DNA from: Octopus bimaculoides
Taxonomy: Eukaryota
Length of the DNA stretch: 42,822 nt
Assembly: GCF_001194135.2 (NCBI RefSeq)
Contig: NC_068982.1
Span: 22,156,612 to 22,199,433 of the forward strand
Direction: 5' to 3'
Positions 1-11,378 of the stretch are shown here, one piece after another (the stretch's first letter is position 1; each line of letters begins with the position of its first letter). The position numbers and the translations under genes are program-made. The notes beneath the pieces were generated by a model, which saw only the letters and a list, made by a program, of their open reading frames with translations, was not told the origin of the DNA and did not search any database.

Positions 1-1374
1 GAGAGAGAGAGAGAGAGAGTGAAACAGAGTAAGAAATAGAAAAGTAGAGAGATACATATATACACACAAAAACACACTCACGCATACATATAAACATATA
101 TAAATACATACATTTGCATACATACGCACATATGGAATTTCATATATTCATATGCTTCTGTGAATATCTGTATAGGTTTTGAGTGTATGTGTATGTGTGC
201 TTGTGTGCGTATGTGTGCATGCGTGTGTCCGTGCCCGTTTGCGTACGTGTGTGTGTACGTTTGTGTGTGCGAGTGTGCGTGTCCTTCGGATTAATAAATA
301 AAGGTAACGCTGTCTATTTGTCATAGTAATAGTCGCTGCGGTGTGCGATAGTGGTTTTGGTAGAAGAGGTCGACCAGGGAGTGGACGGTGTTGGTTACCG
401 CGGAGAAAAAGCCGATGATGATGGGTTGTAATAATAATGTTGGCGGTAATAACAGCTCTGTTATAGTGCTGGTTTATGGAAGTACATTGGTGCCAGCGGT
501 GGTTGTGATTGTGGTGGTGATTGTGTTGGTATGGTGAGGTGTGGAGGTAAGGAGGTAGAATATGAGAAAGCGGCGCTGGAAGGTTTTTTCCTAACGCTAA
601 ATGCTCGACAAATAATAGGTTTGTTCACAGTTCGACGGAGAGTTATTAAATACAAGGGTAAGTAAATAATAGAATGAAACAAACCATAGGCTTAAATGCA
701 TGCATATGTGTGCTTGTTAATGTGTGAATGTGTTTGTGTGTGGGTGTGGGTATATATGTGTGTGTGTGTGTGTGTGTTTCGTGTGTGTATGTGTATATGT
801 GAGTTAGTATGGACGTCTGTGTGCATGCATGTGAGCGTAATACGGTGTCCACTTTGGATGGAATATGAAATATATGTCAGGAACAACATTTTGGGAAAAG
901 AGATAAACTCATGTATTATATATATNNNNNNNNNNNNNNNNNNNNNNNNNNNNNNNNNNNNNNNNNNNNNNNNNNNNNNNNNNNNNNNNNNNNNNNNNNN
1001 NNNNNNNNNNNNNNNNNNNNNNNNNNNNNNNNNNNNNNNNNNNNNNNNNNNNNNNNNNNNNNNNNNNNNATATATTAAGGTATGTATAATCGCCTGTGTC
1101 TATGTCAATATTAGAATGCCTATATTCAAATGAACTACCTCTCTCTCTCTCTTTCTTTCACACATAGATACACACACGTACATTCATATGTGCGCACGTA
1201 TGTGTGCGTGTCTGTGTATGTGTGTGTGCGTATGTATATATATATATATATATATTATGTATATGTGTGTGTGTGCATGTGTGCGTGCGTTTGTGTGTGT
1301 GTATGTGTGTGTGTGTGTGTGTGTGTGTACATAGACACATATATACATATTGAGAGAGAGCAAAACAGATTGAT

Positions 1375-1448
1375 TGGGAGAGACAGACAGTCAGACAAAC
1401 AGAGTGGCAGACAGAGACAGATAGACAGACAGACAGGCAGACAGATAG

Positions 1449-1499
<51 letters not shown>

Positions 1500-1500
1500 T
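1375..1500. repeat. (GACA)n grading into (GATA)n microsatellite
   Basis: Direct reading: gacagacag... then gatagatag... to 1499. Confidence 0.95.
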
Positions 1501-1859
1501 TCTACAGAACGGGCAGAGCAAGACCAACGTATTTAGCCGGGTTTTTCTAGGAACGTGTCGTACAACAAATAATGGTGACCAACTACATTTGATCAGACAA
1601 CCTTCTGATACGGTGATAGAGAGCGCAGTTTTAACACCGTAAGATATCATGAAGATAATGTGAAAATTTCATCTGACCAGATCAATCTCTCAGCAGATGG
1701 TTGAAGAAACATTCTATGGAACTAGCAACTCACCACACATACACATATGCACACAACTGTTTCACCTATGTCATCTGTCATCTCTGTGATCCTTATACAT
1801 AAGATGATCTTACGCGCTGATCCTTCCTAATTACGATGTTTTTCATTATCCTACATCAT

Positions 1860-3005
1860 CATTATCAAAGCAATGAAATCAGTCGACCACAAGCAATTGC
1901 AAAGCTATCTGCTAATTAATTAATCTCTAAAGAAAATTCAGCTTCCGACTAAATTATCGCGCTGTAGATATTCTACCTTTTCATAGACCTGGAACAACTA
2001 CGTTGATGGATGTAAAGAGACGTGTGACAGAACCGTGGATATCATAGCAATTTTCGTCAGAATTCGTTAAAACGAATTCTATGTCTTGTACAATGCATGC
2101 TAAACTATTAGGATGACTTTCAAGCTAGATTAATTGGAATTATACTAAGACCTGCTTTTTGTGTGAACAATCTGATCATCATCCATCAAAACATCACTTG
2201 CATAAGTCCCAACACTTCGGTTGCTTCTATATTCATCAATGGCTTTCTAAAAATGAGCTACAGATTTGCTCTGACTACTCCCTACATGTTTGCATCAATA
2301 ATACGGGCAGGAGAAGCAATACGGTCTCAGATAAAACAGGCACTTTGCCAGGATGAAAGCTCGTTCAGACAATTGAAATGTACCATATGAGTCATCACAG
2401 TATAAAAATAATATTTCTAGCACGGAAAATAATTCCAGCAAACATTGCAATACAGTTTTGTAATTCTGGATTGCTTACTATACGACAGCTTGATATTGTA
2501 GATATAAATATGGACAGCGAGTTAGCAGTGGAGTGGAAGAACAATTCTACACTGCAGAGGTAAAGGTTCGAAGCGCCATGAAATATTCCCAAAACAAGCT
2601 TGACAATGAAGACATAGTCACTATTTGAAAAGGCTAGTGATCTGCTTCCATTTTATATATGGTCACAGGAAATTAGACGAGAGTTAACGAAACTTCAAAC
2701 GTTGTTTGATTATATGAAGTGAGATACATGTTACAGATAATGAGAAGTATCTCATACAGGGACGATTTTAATTGTTATTTCTTTTGATTAGACTTGAGTC
2801 TTTGTAAGAAATGATAAAATACGTGTGGAATATTCGTTAGATATAGTTTAACTGAACAATATGAATACAGCCACACATACCCTTAGACAAATGTAAGCAA
2901 CATGCGTCACACGTCTACATTGAACCGATGTATGTGCATGTATATACTGAATATTTCAGGGGATTTACAAAGATTTTAAACTTAGAATAATTGTTTTAAA
3001 CGTGA
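1860..3005 (+). pseudogene. Possible decayed LRR-containing coding sequence
   Basis: Non-repetitive block with broken frames giving LG*LFKLD*LELY (~2107-2150), NNLIIIHQNITCISPNT (~2166), LLTIRQLDIVDIN (~2471) and EYFRGFTKILNLE*LF (~2949-2996), which resemble LxxLxLxxN repeats. Many stops; hand translation only. Confidence 0.25.
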
Positions 3006-3214
3006 AATGATGGTTTCAAATTTTGACTCGAGGCCAGCTGCGGAAGGGGATAAGTCGATTACATCGACCCCAGTAAATGACTAGTACTTATTTTATCGAC
3101 TTCGAAAGGATGAAAGGTAAGTCGACCTCGGCGGAATTTCAACTCGTAAAGACGGACGAAATGCCGCTAAGCATTTTGCTTGGGATACCAACGATTCTAC
3201 CAGTTCGCCACCTT
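3006..3214 (-). mobile_element. SINE family A copy (tail type A2)
   Basis: Reverse complement matches the family A head (ggtggcgaactggtagaatcgttgg...gagttgaaattccgccgaggtcgac) and core (cctttcatcctttcgaagtcgataaaataagtactag...ggggtcgatgtaatcgac); ends tttgaaaccatcatt. Confidence 0.85.
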
Positions 3215-3245
3215 AAATACGTGAAGTAATATTTTACAAATCGGA

Positions 3246-3480
3246 CGCGGCGAGCTGGCAGAAACGTTAGCACACCAGGCGACGTGCTTAGCGGTATTTC
3301 GTCTGCCGTTATGTTTTGAGTTCAAATGCCGCCGAGGTCGACTTGCCCTTTCATCTTTTCGGGGTCAATAAATTAAGTACCAGTTACACACTGGGGTCGA
3401 TGTAATTGACTTAATCCCTTTGTCTGTCCTTGTTTGTCCCCTCTGTGTGTAGCCCCTTGTGGGCAGTAAAGAAATAAGAA
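3246..3480 (+). mobile_element. SINE family A full-length copy (tail type A1)
   Basis: tRNA-like head with box A (tggcagaaacgtt) and box B (gagttcaaat), core gaggtcgacttgccctttcatcttttcggggtc, tail ccccttgtgggcagtaaagaaataagaa. Highly similar to copies at 21015 and 29461. Confidence 0.9.
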
Positions 3481-3572
3481 ACGTTAAGCACGCCGGGAGA
3501 AATACTTAGCGGTATTTCGTCTGTCTTTACGTTCTGAGTTCAGGCCGTGTGCCTATGAAATTATTATTATGA
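3477..3572 (+). mobile_element. SINE family A, internally deleted copy in tandem
   Basis: Head agaaacgttaagcacgccgggagaaatacttagcggtatttcgtctgtc...gttctgagttca joined directly to the A2-type tail ggccgtgtgcctatgaaattattattat. Confidence 0.75.
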
Positions 3573-4096
3573 TATCAAGTTATATATCTTGGCTGGAGAG
3601 ATGGTAAATTCAACAAGGAGTCAATTTTGTGTGAGGCCAGACAGAATGTCTNNNNNNNNNNNNNNNNNNNNNNNNNNNNNNNNNNNNNNNNNNNNNNNNN
3701 NNNNNNNNNNNNNNNNNNNNNNNNNNNNNNNNNNNNNNNNNNNNNNNNNNNNNNNNNNNNNNNNNNNNNNNNNNNNNNNNNNNNNNNNNNNNNNNNNNNN
3801 NNNNNNNNNNNNNNNNNNNNNNNNNNNNNNNNNNNNNNNATATATAAAAGTGGCTAGAACCGAAATCATTCCAAGGGATGTCAAACATCGATGTAAGGCC
3901 GTGAAAGGTTTAGCCGAACAAATCTATTTGGACTGATAGTCTATCAGTGTATTGCCTTACCGAACCGGTAAGTATATGTATGCATACATACATGCATACA
4001 TACATATATGCATGCATACATGCATACATACACACACAAACACATATATACACACACATACATACATGCATACATACACACACGCACATACATACA

Positions 4097-4127
<31 letters not shown>

Positions 4128-4384
4128 GAAAGTAGTGTGTTATAGTTCGCTTGAATCATTGCAGTACAGAAGGAGAATAAAGGAAAGGGGAAATGAGGAA
4201 AGCATTGAAGACTGCAGAGAGGAATGTTAAAAAAAACCCTTTTATATTTCAAACAAAGATCCATCTTCAAAAGGATACAATCTAAGAAATGTGAGTCTAC
4301 GTAGATCCTACCATTTATTGACCCGGTTCTAGTTCGATGATTCTGCTCTAAAACAATCACAGGATGAAAAAGGGTCAACTGCCC

Positions 4385-4519
4385 ATTTCCGTCAACTAAA
4401 TCCAATCACAAGGCTTTGGTCGACCCTACGATATAGTAGAAAACACTACTCCAATGTGCCACGCAGCTGGACCGAACCTGGAACCATGTTGCTTGATAGC
4501 ACACAGCCATGCCTGCGCT
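4385..4519 (-). mobile_element. SINE family B, degenerate 5' part
   Basis: atttccgtcaactaaatccaatcacaaggctttggtcgaccc...ggaaccatgt...acacagccatgcctgcgc aligns with the 34643-35075 copy. Confidence 0.8.
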
Positions 4520-4719
4520 TTTACTACTCAGCCACGTGTATACATGATATATTAAAGTTATATTTTTTTGAAATATTGCCCGCTGTTCAGAATCATAAAC
4601 GTATAGGTTTTAAGTAACTTTTCTAGTAACATTTGAGGTACATAGTATGCATTGCATATAGACACATATACTATTTTTCATTTAAAGTCATAAGCTCTAT
4701 GACTAGCGTTACTACTGCT

Positions 4720-4762
4720 ACTACTACTACTACTACTACTACTAATATTAATAATAATAATA

Positions 4763-4812
<50 letters not shown>

Positions 4813-4860
4813 CTTCTACAACCACCACTACTGCTTGTAATAGTAGTAGTAGCAGCAGTA
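4720..4860. repeat. Compound (ACT)n/(AAT)n/(AGT)n microsatellite
   Basis: Direct reading. Confidence 0.95.
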
Positions 4861-5220
4861 GTTAGTTGTTTTATTTGCAAAAAGAATTAAACTTAAGTTT
4901 TAAGTAGAACATAATTTAATTTTTTTTTTTTTAAAACCATCTCAAAGCCTTTGTGCCTTGCACAAAAACAGATATATAGAAAGGAATACATTTTTTAACA
5001 AAAAATTGTTGCCCAGCTTAGAGTAAGGCTTGTTAAGTGTATTGATATAAATACATTGTTCAGGAGGATAGGGTCGGTAAAAAATGGTAGAATCGAATTG
5101 ACAGAAGTTAAAATAAATCAATATTTAATGCTTATATTTATTTGCATATATTTACGTAGATTCATATCGCAGTATAATGTATTTTCGTTCGTTTGTGTGG
5201 TATTGTGTGGATTGTAGTAT

Positions 5221-5255
5221 ACATTGTATTATATTGTATTGTATTGTATTGTAAT
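5221..5255. repeat. (ATTGT)n pentanucleotide microsatellite
   Basis: attgtattatattgtattgtattgtattgt. Confidence 0.9.
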
Positions 5256-5339
5256 AGTTGTGTGCCGGTCCCTTTTTATGTAGACATAAAAGGCATGATA
5301 TTTCTCCATATACTCCTATTGAGTTCTTGATTTGACATG

Positions 5340-5470
5340 AGGTCATGTAATATTTGGGGAAGAATGCAGCTCATGGAATCGATTACAGCCGATGGATGGT
5401 ATCTAATTTATCGATTCCACGAGCAAATTCGACTTTGAGGGGACTTAAACTCAAACTGTAGACATAAAGA
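5340..5470 (-). mobile_element. SINE family A, highly degenerate fragment
   Basis: aatcgattacagccgatggatggtatctaattttatcga...cgactttgagggg resembles the reverse-complemented A core. Confidence 0.55.
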
Positions 5471-5680
5471 ACCATAATAAATCATTTGAATAGTGATCTA
5501 CTTTCTGCACAGCAGCAGTTTCCGGCCGGTGTTAGACATTGAAATAATTGCCAGAACAAATTAAGAAATAATTATTTATAAATTATGTAATTACACATTA
5601 TACAATCACACACACATATGTATATGTATATACATACATCCATACTTATATATATGCACGTATGTGTATATGTATATCTA

Positions 5681-5930
5681 TACTCTTTACTCTTACTCTT
5701 TTACTCTTTTACTTGTTTCAGTCATTTTGACTGTGGCCATGCTGGAGCACCGCCTTTACTCGAGCAAATCGACCCCAGGACTTATTCGTTGTAAGCCTAG
5801 TACTTATTATATCGTCCCATTTGCCGAACCGCTAGGTTACGGGGACGTAAACACACCACCATCGGTTGTCAAGCGGTGTTGGGAGGGGGGGGGCGCAAAC
5901 ACAGACACACAAACATATACACACACAAAC
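5681..5930 (-). mobile_element. SINE family B, 3' half (rest lost in gap)
   Basis: (ctctttta)n tail then cttgtttcagtcattttgactgtggccatgctggagcaccgcc...gccgaaccgctaggttacggggacgtaaacacacc, matching the 7682 and 34643 copies. Confidence 0.9.
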
Positions 5931-6629
5931 ATATATATATATATATATATANNNNNNNNNNNNNNNNNNNNNNNNNNNNNNNNNNNNNNNNNNNNNNNNN
6001 NNNNNNNNNNNNNNNNNNNNNNNNNNNNNNNNNNNNNNNNNNNNNNNNNNNNNNNNNNNNNNNNNNNNNNNNNNNNNNNNNNNNNNNNNNNNNNNNNNNN
6101 NNNNNNNNNNNNNNNNNNNNNNNNNNNNNNNNNNNNNNNNNNNNNNNNNNNNNNNNNNNNNNNNNNNNNNNNNNNNNNNNNNNNNNNNNNNNNNNNNNNN
6201 NNNNNNNNNNNNNNNNNNNNNNNNNNNNNNNNNNNNNNNNNNNNNNNNNNNNNNNNNNNNNNNNNNNNNNNNNNNNNNNNNNNNNNNNNNNNNNNNNNNN
6301 NNNNNNNNNNNNNNNNNNNNNNNTATATATAAGACGAACTGGAGTGAAGTAGAATGCCTTGCATTACTTATTTTCCATACTGTACGCGGTACGACAAAAT
6401 GACTCTGTTGCCACGTTCTATCGGTCCAAATAGGCAGCCATTCCTTGATATAATGTTCAATCAATGTTTGGACTCCACCTAATCTTCCTCATAAAACAAT
6501 ACTAAGACCTACACGCACATGTGCAGCTGCGTGCTCAACTTAGGACAAAGAATGCCTCGTATATATGTATGCATAAACGAGGCTTTCGTTGTATTTATGT
6601 AAAAATTACCTTCCCGTATTATGCTAACT

Positions 6630-6855
6630 CATAACGGCCGGTTTTCCGGTTTTATGGTGTGTATTTTCCGGTTTTATTCCCCACCTGGACGGGACGCCTG
6701 TCCGTCACAGGGTCACTCATTTCCGCCACCTGAGTGGACGAGAGCAATGTGAAATGAAGTGCTTTGCTCAAGAACACAACACGTCCCCTGGTCCAGGAAT
6801 CGAAACCACAATCTTACGACCATGAACCCAACACCGTAACCATTAAGCCACGCGC
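6630..6855 (-). mobile_element. SINE family C copy
   Basis: Reverse complement begins gcgcgtggcttaatggttacggtgttgggttcatggtcgtaagattgtggtttcgattcctgga (box A/box B), then gtgttcttgagcaaagcacttcatttcac. Homologous to 14522-14780. Confidence 0.85.
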
Positions 6856-6870
6856 ATGTATGTATGTATG

Positions 6871-6943
<73 letters not shown>

Positions 6944-7152
6944 ATGATTTTTTTCCTTGAGTTTAATTAAAATTCTAGAAAGAGATCAATCCCGTTGCTA
7001 ACGAAGCAACGAGACATTTAGAGTTAAGAGAGCTCCCAGCGTTTGTGAATATGTGGTTGAGTTGGTGTGTACGTTTAATTATCGATGCATACACTCAAAT
7101 GTGTGTGCATCTATTCACACAAGAACCTCACATGGAGAATTTCTGGAATGTC

Positions 7153-7305
7153 TTACAGATCTTCATTGTACCACAAATAGATTGGATTTGGAAAACCGGT
7201 GTTAGTTTCTTTCGCTTCATTTTCCGTGAAACCAAGTGTTCCTAGGATGTTGTGCAAATTTGTTGATACATCATTTAAGTACTTATCATTGTAAGTAGAA
7301 ACCAT
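7153..7305 (-). pseudogene. Short non-repeat frame with an LRR-like end
   Basis: MVSTYNDKYLNDVSTNLHNILGTLGFTENEAKETNTGFPNPIYLWYNEDL*, continuing DIPE after the stop. IYLWYNEDL*DIP fits LxLxxNxxLxxIP. It could instead be an exon (CT/gtaaga donor at 7157). Confidence 0.25.
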
Positions 7306-7681
7306 GTTTCTTAGTCAGGGTACATTTGTATGAATGTATGTATGTATGTATGTATGTATGTATGTATGTATGTATGTATATGTTTGTATGTATTGCACAT
7401 TCACCATCAAAAATATAAAGGCTTTTTTATGAAAAGTAGCGAAAATAAATACAATGAGATGAACTGAAGTAGATATTAAGAGGAATTAAATTCATTATTT
7501 TGAATTGTTAAAGAGATTGAAAATCAAACCGGTGTCGTCATAGCTGTTCACTGGCTTTAAATGCGCACCGATTATCAAATATAAGTATGAAAATATAAAC
7601 TCAAATTAGGCAATCTTACGCATACATTTATAAATTCGACTTAAAATGCGTATACATATATTAATGCATATCGACGCATAT

Positions 7682-8074
7682 TACTCTTTACTCATTTACT
7701 CTTTTACTTATTTCAGTCATTTGACTGCGACCATGCTGGAGCACCACCTTTAGTCGAGCAAATAGACCCCAGGACTTATTCTTTGTAAGCCTAGTACTTA
7801 TTCTATCGGTCTCACTTTTGCCGAACCGCTACATTACGGGGACGTAAACAAACCACCATCGGTTGTCAAGCGATGCTGGGGGGACAAACACAGACACACA
7901 AACATATATATACATATATACAACGGACTTCTTTCAGTTTCCGTCTACCAAATCCACTCACAAGGCTTTGGTCGGCCCGAGGTTATAGTAGAAGACACTT
8001 GCCCAAGGTGCCACGCAGTGGGACTGAACCCGGAACCATGTGGTTGGTAAGCAAGCTACTTACCACACAGCCAC
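7682..8074 (-). mobile_element. SINE family B, near full length
   Basis: Whole-length match to 34643-35075, including head, CORE-like ggcaccttgggcaagtgtcttctac, internal (CA/TA) tract and tail repeat. Confidence 0.92.
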
Positions 8075-8179
8075 TTTTTTTAAATATTCATAAAATATAA
8101 AAATACATATGAATAAAACCGTGTGTGATACGTATGGAAGGAAATGTAAGAAAAAGAGGACTGATAAAAAGAGGACAGA

Positions 8180-8180
<1 letters not shown>

Positions 8181-8237
<57 letters not shown>

Positions 8238-8350
8238 TCATCATCATTATTATCATCAATAAAATCATCAATTTCACCAAACCCGACACTACCACCATCA
8301 CCACCGCCAACAACAACAACAACAACAACGCTACCATCACCGCCACCACG

Positions 8351-8381
<31 letters not shown>

Positions 8382-8432
8382 TCGTCGTCGTCGTCGTCGT
8401 TGCTGTTATTATTATTGTTCTGTTTTTTGTTG

Positions 8433-8464
<32 letters not shown>

Positions 8465-8490
8465 GTTGTTGTTGTTGTTGTTGTTGTTAC
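8181..8490. repeat. Compound trinucleotide tract (ATT, ATC, ACC/AAC, GTC, ATT, GTT)
   Basis: Direct reading; this is the source of the poly-I/L/T ORFs in the track. Confidence 0.95.
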
Positions 8491-9417
8491 TACCATTGCT
8501 ATTTATCAGAGTTTACTACATTTATAACAAAATCATAATCTTTCAGAAAACATTTTGTATTTTGTGATTTCTATTCTATCATTTTATTTTTATAACATTA
8601 TGGCTACACGTAAAATGAACTAAAAAACAAAAAAGACAGAATAAACTATATTTTAGAACATCTACGTTTTTCCACCGATCTTTTTCTTTTTTTTTTTTGT
8701 TAAAGACAAATTCAACACTGTCACCAAGAGATCCATTAAGTGCTATTATTTAAAGCAACCACATCATTATTTCGTATATTCGATCTTATTTTCACGTAGA
8801 CATCTTAAACAACTTTCTCAATGTCTCCACAAAACGTCTCTGTCTCTTTCTCTTTCTCTCTCTCTTNNNNNNNNNNATGACCGAAACAAGTAAATGAATA
8901 AAAGAATACAAATAAAAAGAAACAAAAAGAAACAAAAGGAGACAAGTCATAAAATATGCAGCAGATACAAACGAAATGGAGTGACTCTTTGAAGCAACGA
9001 TGCATCAACAGCATCACCACCAACAAACAGCAGCTACAGCAGCATTTTCGTAACCATCGTCGCCATCACCAACAATAATCGCCATTGCAAATACCACCAT
9101 AACACAAACGAAAACGAAATCATTGACTGCACTTGCATAAACGCAAGCAATGAAAACACCTAATGGATCACATACATTAACATAAAAGCATAACAACAAC
9201 GTTATATTAACATATAGAACTCCGGAAGACATAAAAATTGTCGTGATATCACAACATACAAACATCTTAAAAAGTAAATACTGCAAAGGAGCGGCAGATT
9301 TCAGGGAAAATAGGAAGGAAAGAATGTAGAAAGAACTGCTTGTACAAATACAAACGACGGGCTGGAGGAACGGAAAACCTCTCTGTGTAACGCTTAAGAC
9401 AATTTGTGCTTTCTCAC

Positions 9418-9518
9418 CTGATGTATATGGCTTTCTATGCACATATATGTTCGGCCAAGCGTGATATTTCTTTCTTGGCCGGACGTTGTACGTGTAACAT
9501 CGTTAATCATCCCTGTAC
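9418..9518 (-). CDS. Candidate internal exon (phase 1 to 0), product unknown
   Basis: aatttcacag acceptor, CAG/gtgaga donor, 101 nt, one open frame: (G)TGMINDVTRTTSGQERNITLGRTYMCIESHIHQ. No recognisable homology. Confidence 0.2.
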
Positions 9519-9719
9519 CTGTGAAATTTTGTATTCCTGCCATAAGGCCTTATTTCCACAACGCCAGCTTAATTTAATTCTGCCTGAGTCGAAAGGCATC
9601 TGGTGTTATGTCCTCTTCTATTATTTTATTGCATTTGTGTAACATTGTTCGTTGTTTTTTCCCCCATCCTTGTTTTTGTATACATTCGCTGCTTTCTTCC
9701 AAGAAATCTAATGCTCTTA

Positions 9720-9798
9720 GCTTAGTCCTGGGTGGAATTTGAACACAGAAGGTAAAGGCGGACGAAATGCAGCTAAGCATTCTGCCAGCTCGCTACCT
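9720..9798 (-). mobile_element. SINE family A head fragment
   Basis: ggtggaatttgaacacagaaggtaaaggcggacgaaatgcagctaagcattctgccagctcgctacctt. Confidence 0.75.
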
Positions 9799-10662
9799 TA
9801 CATACATATGTTCATACATATATAGATTTACATGTGTGTGTGTGAATATATGTATATATGTGTCCATATATATTTATNNNNNNNNNNNNNNNNNNNNNNN
9901 NNNNNNNNNNNNNNNNNNNNNNNNNNNNNNNNNNNNNNNNNNNNNNNNNNNNNNNNNNNNNNNNNNNNNNNNNNNNNNNNNNNNNNNNNNNNNNNNNNNN
10001 NNNNNNNNNNNNNNNNNNNNNNNNNNNNNNNNNNNNNNNNNNNNNNNNNNNNNNNNNNNNNNNNNNNNNNNNNNNNNNNNNNNNNNNNNNNNNNNNNNNN
10101 NNNNNNNNNNNNNNNNNNNNNNNNNNNNNNNNNNNNNNNNNNNNNNNNNNNNNNNNNNNNNNNNNNNNNNNNNNNNNNNNNNNNNNNNNNNNNNNNNNNN
10201 NNNNNNNNNNNNNNNNNNNNNNNNNNNNNNNNNNNNNNNNNNNNNNNNNNNNNNNNNNNNNNNNNNNNNNNNNNNNNNNNNNNNNNNNNNNNNNNNNNNN
10301 NNNNNNNNNNNNNNNNNNNNNNNNNNNNNNNNNNNNNNNNNNNNNNNNNNNNNNNNNNNNNNNNNNNNNNNNNNNNNNNNNNNNNNNNNNNNNNNNNNNN
10401 NNNNNNNNNNNNNNNNNNNNNNNNNNNNNNNNNNNNNNNNNNNNNNNNNNNNNNNNNNNNNNNNNNNNNNNNNNNNNNNNNNNNNNNNNNNNNNNNNNNN
10501 NNNNNNNNNNNNNNNNNNNNNNNNNNNNNNNNNNNNNNNNNNNNNNNNNNNNNNNNNNNNNNNNNNNNNNNNNNNNNNNNNNNNNNNNNNNNNNNNNNNN
10601 NNNNNNNNNNNNNNNNNNNNNNNNNNNNNNNNNNNNNNNTATAATGCCATGCTTGTACATAA

Positions 10663-10720
<58 letters not shown>

Positions 10721-11049
10721 ATATTTATATATAAAGAAAGAGAGAGAGGAGGAGGATGGAAAAATAGAAGGGTGAGCGGTATACGGTCTTTTACTTTCTT
10801 ACTAGTTCTAAGTCTCGACTGATGTATGATAGAGTACCACCATTACTATTTCTCTTGACTATATAGCTGTTTGCATACTTGTGTGTTTGTGTATGTGTGC
10901 GTGTATGTGTGCACGTATGAGTGCGTGTGTGTGTGTTTTATGTTCTTATTCGTTTGTATGTGTGATATGTGCTCGTATTTGTTGTATCTGTTTGTGTACG
11001 TTTGTGTTTGTGAATGCGTCAGTGTGATACATTGACCTTGTTCTCTTCT

Positions 11050-11378
11050 CTCTCAACAGCTAAAGTTAAACGTTAAAGACCAAGTTAAAATGACGGAGTC
11101 ATTGAACCTATATTATTACAGGGTGTGTCCAGATTATGCTCGCTTTTCTTCACAATTCCCTCTTTGTTTACTTAGTAGAAAATTAATATATCTCATGAAC
11201 AATGCCTCCATTATCAGCGGAAATGATAGCATTATCTGGAGCGTTCCACTGAAGGAGGTTGTTGAGCTGGTACAACTGCAGTGTTGCTTTCATTCTCGGT
11301 ATCGCTGTCGTTGTTGTTATTCAGCCGCAGGTCAACGCTGATTGAGCAGAGATATACGATAGAAAGTATTCCTGCCAT
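11050..11378 (-). pseudogene. Possible decayed secreted/membrane LRR gene start
   Basis: ggcATGG start with hydrophobic MAGILSIVYLCSISVD. Downstream broken frames give GIVHEIY* and VQ*LRHFNLVFN, an exact LxxLxxLxLxxN spacing. Confidence 0.25.

Noticed and set aside
3246-3330. tRNA-like sequences with box A/B at SINE heads
   Set aside because: They continue into SINE core and tail and form no complete cloverleaf, so they are not tRNA genes.
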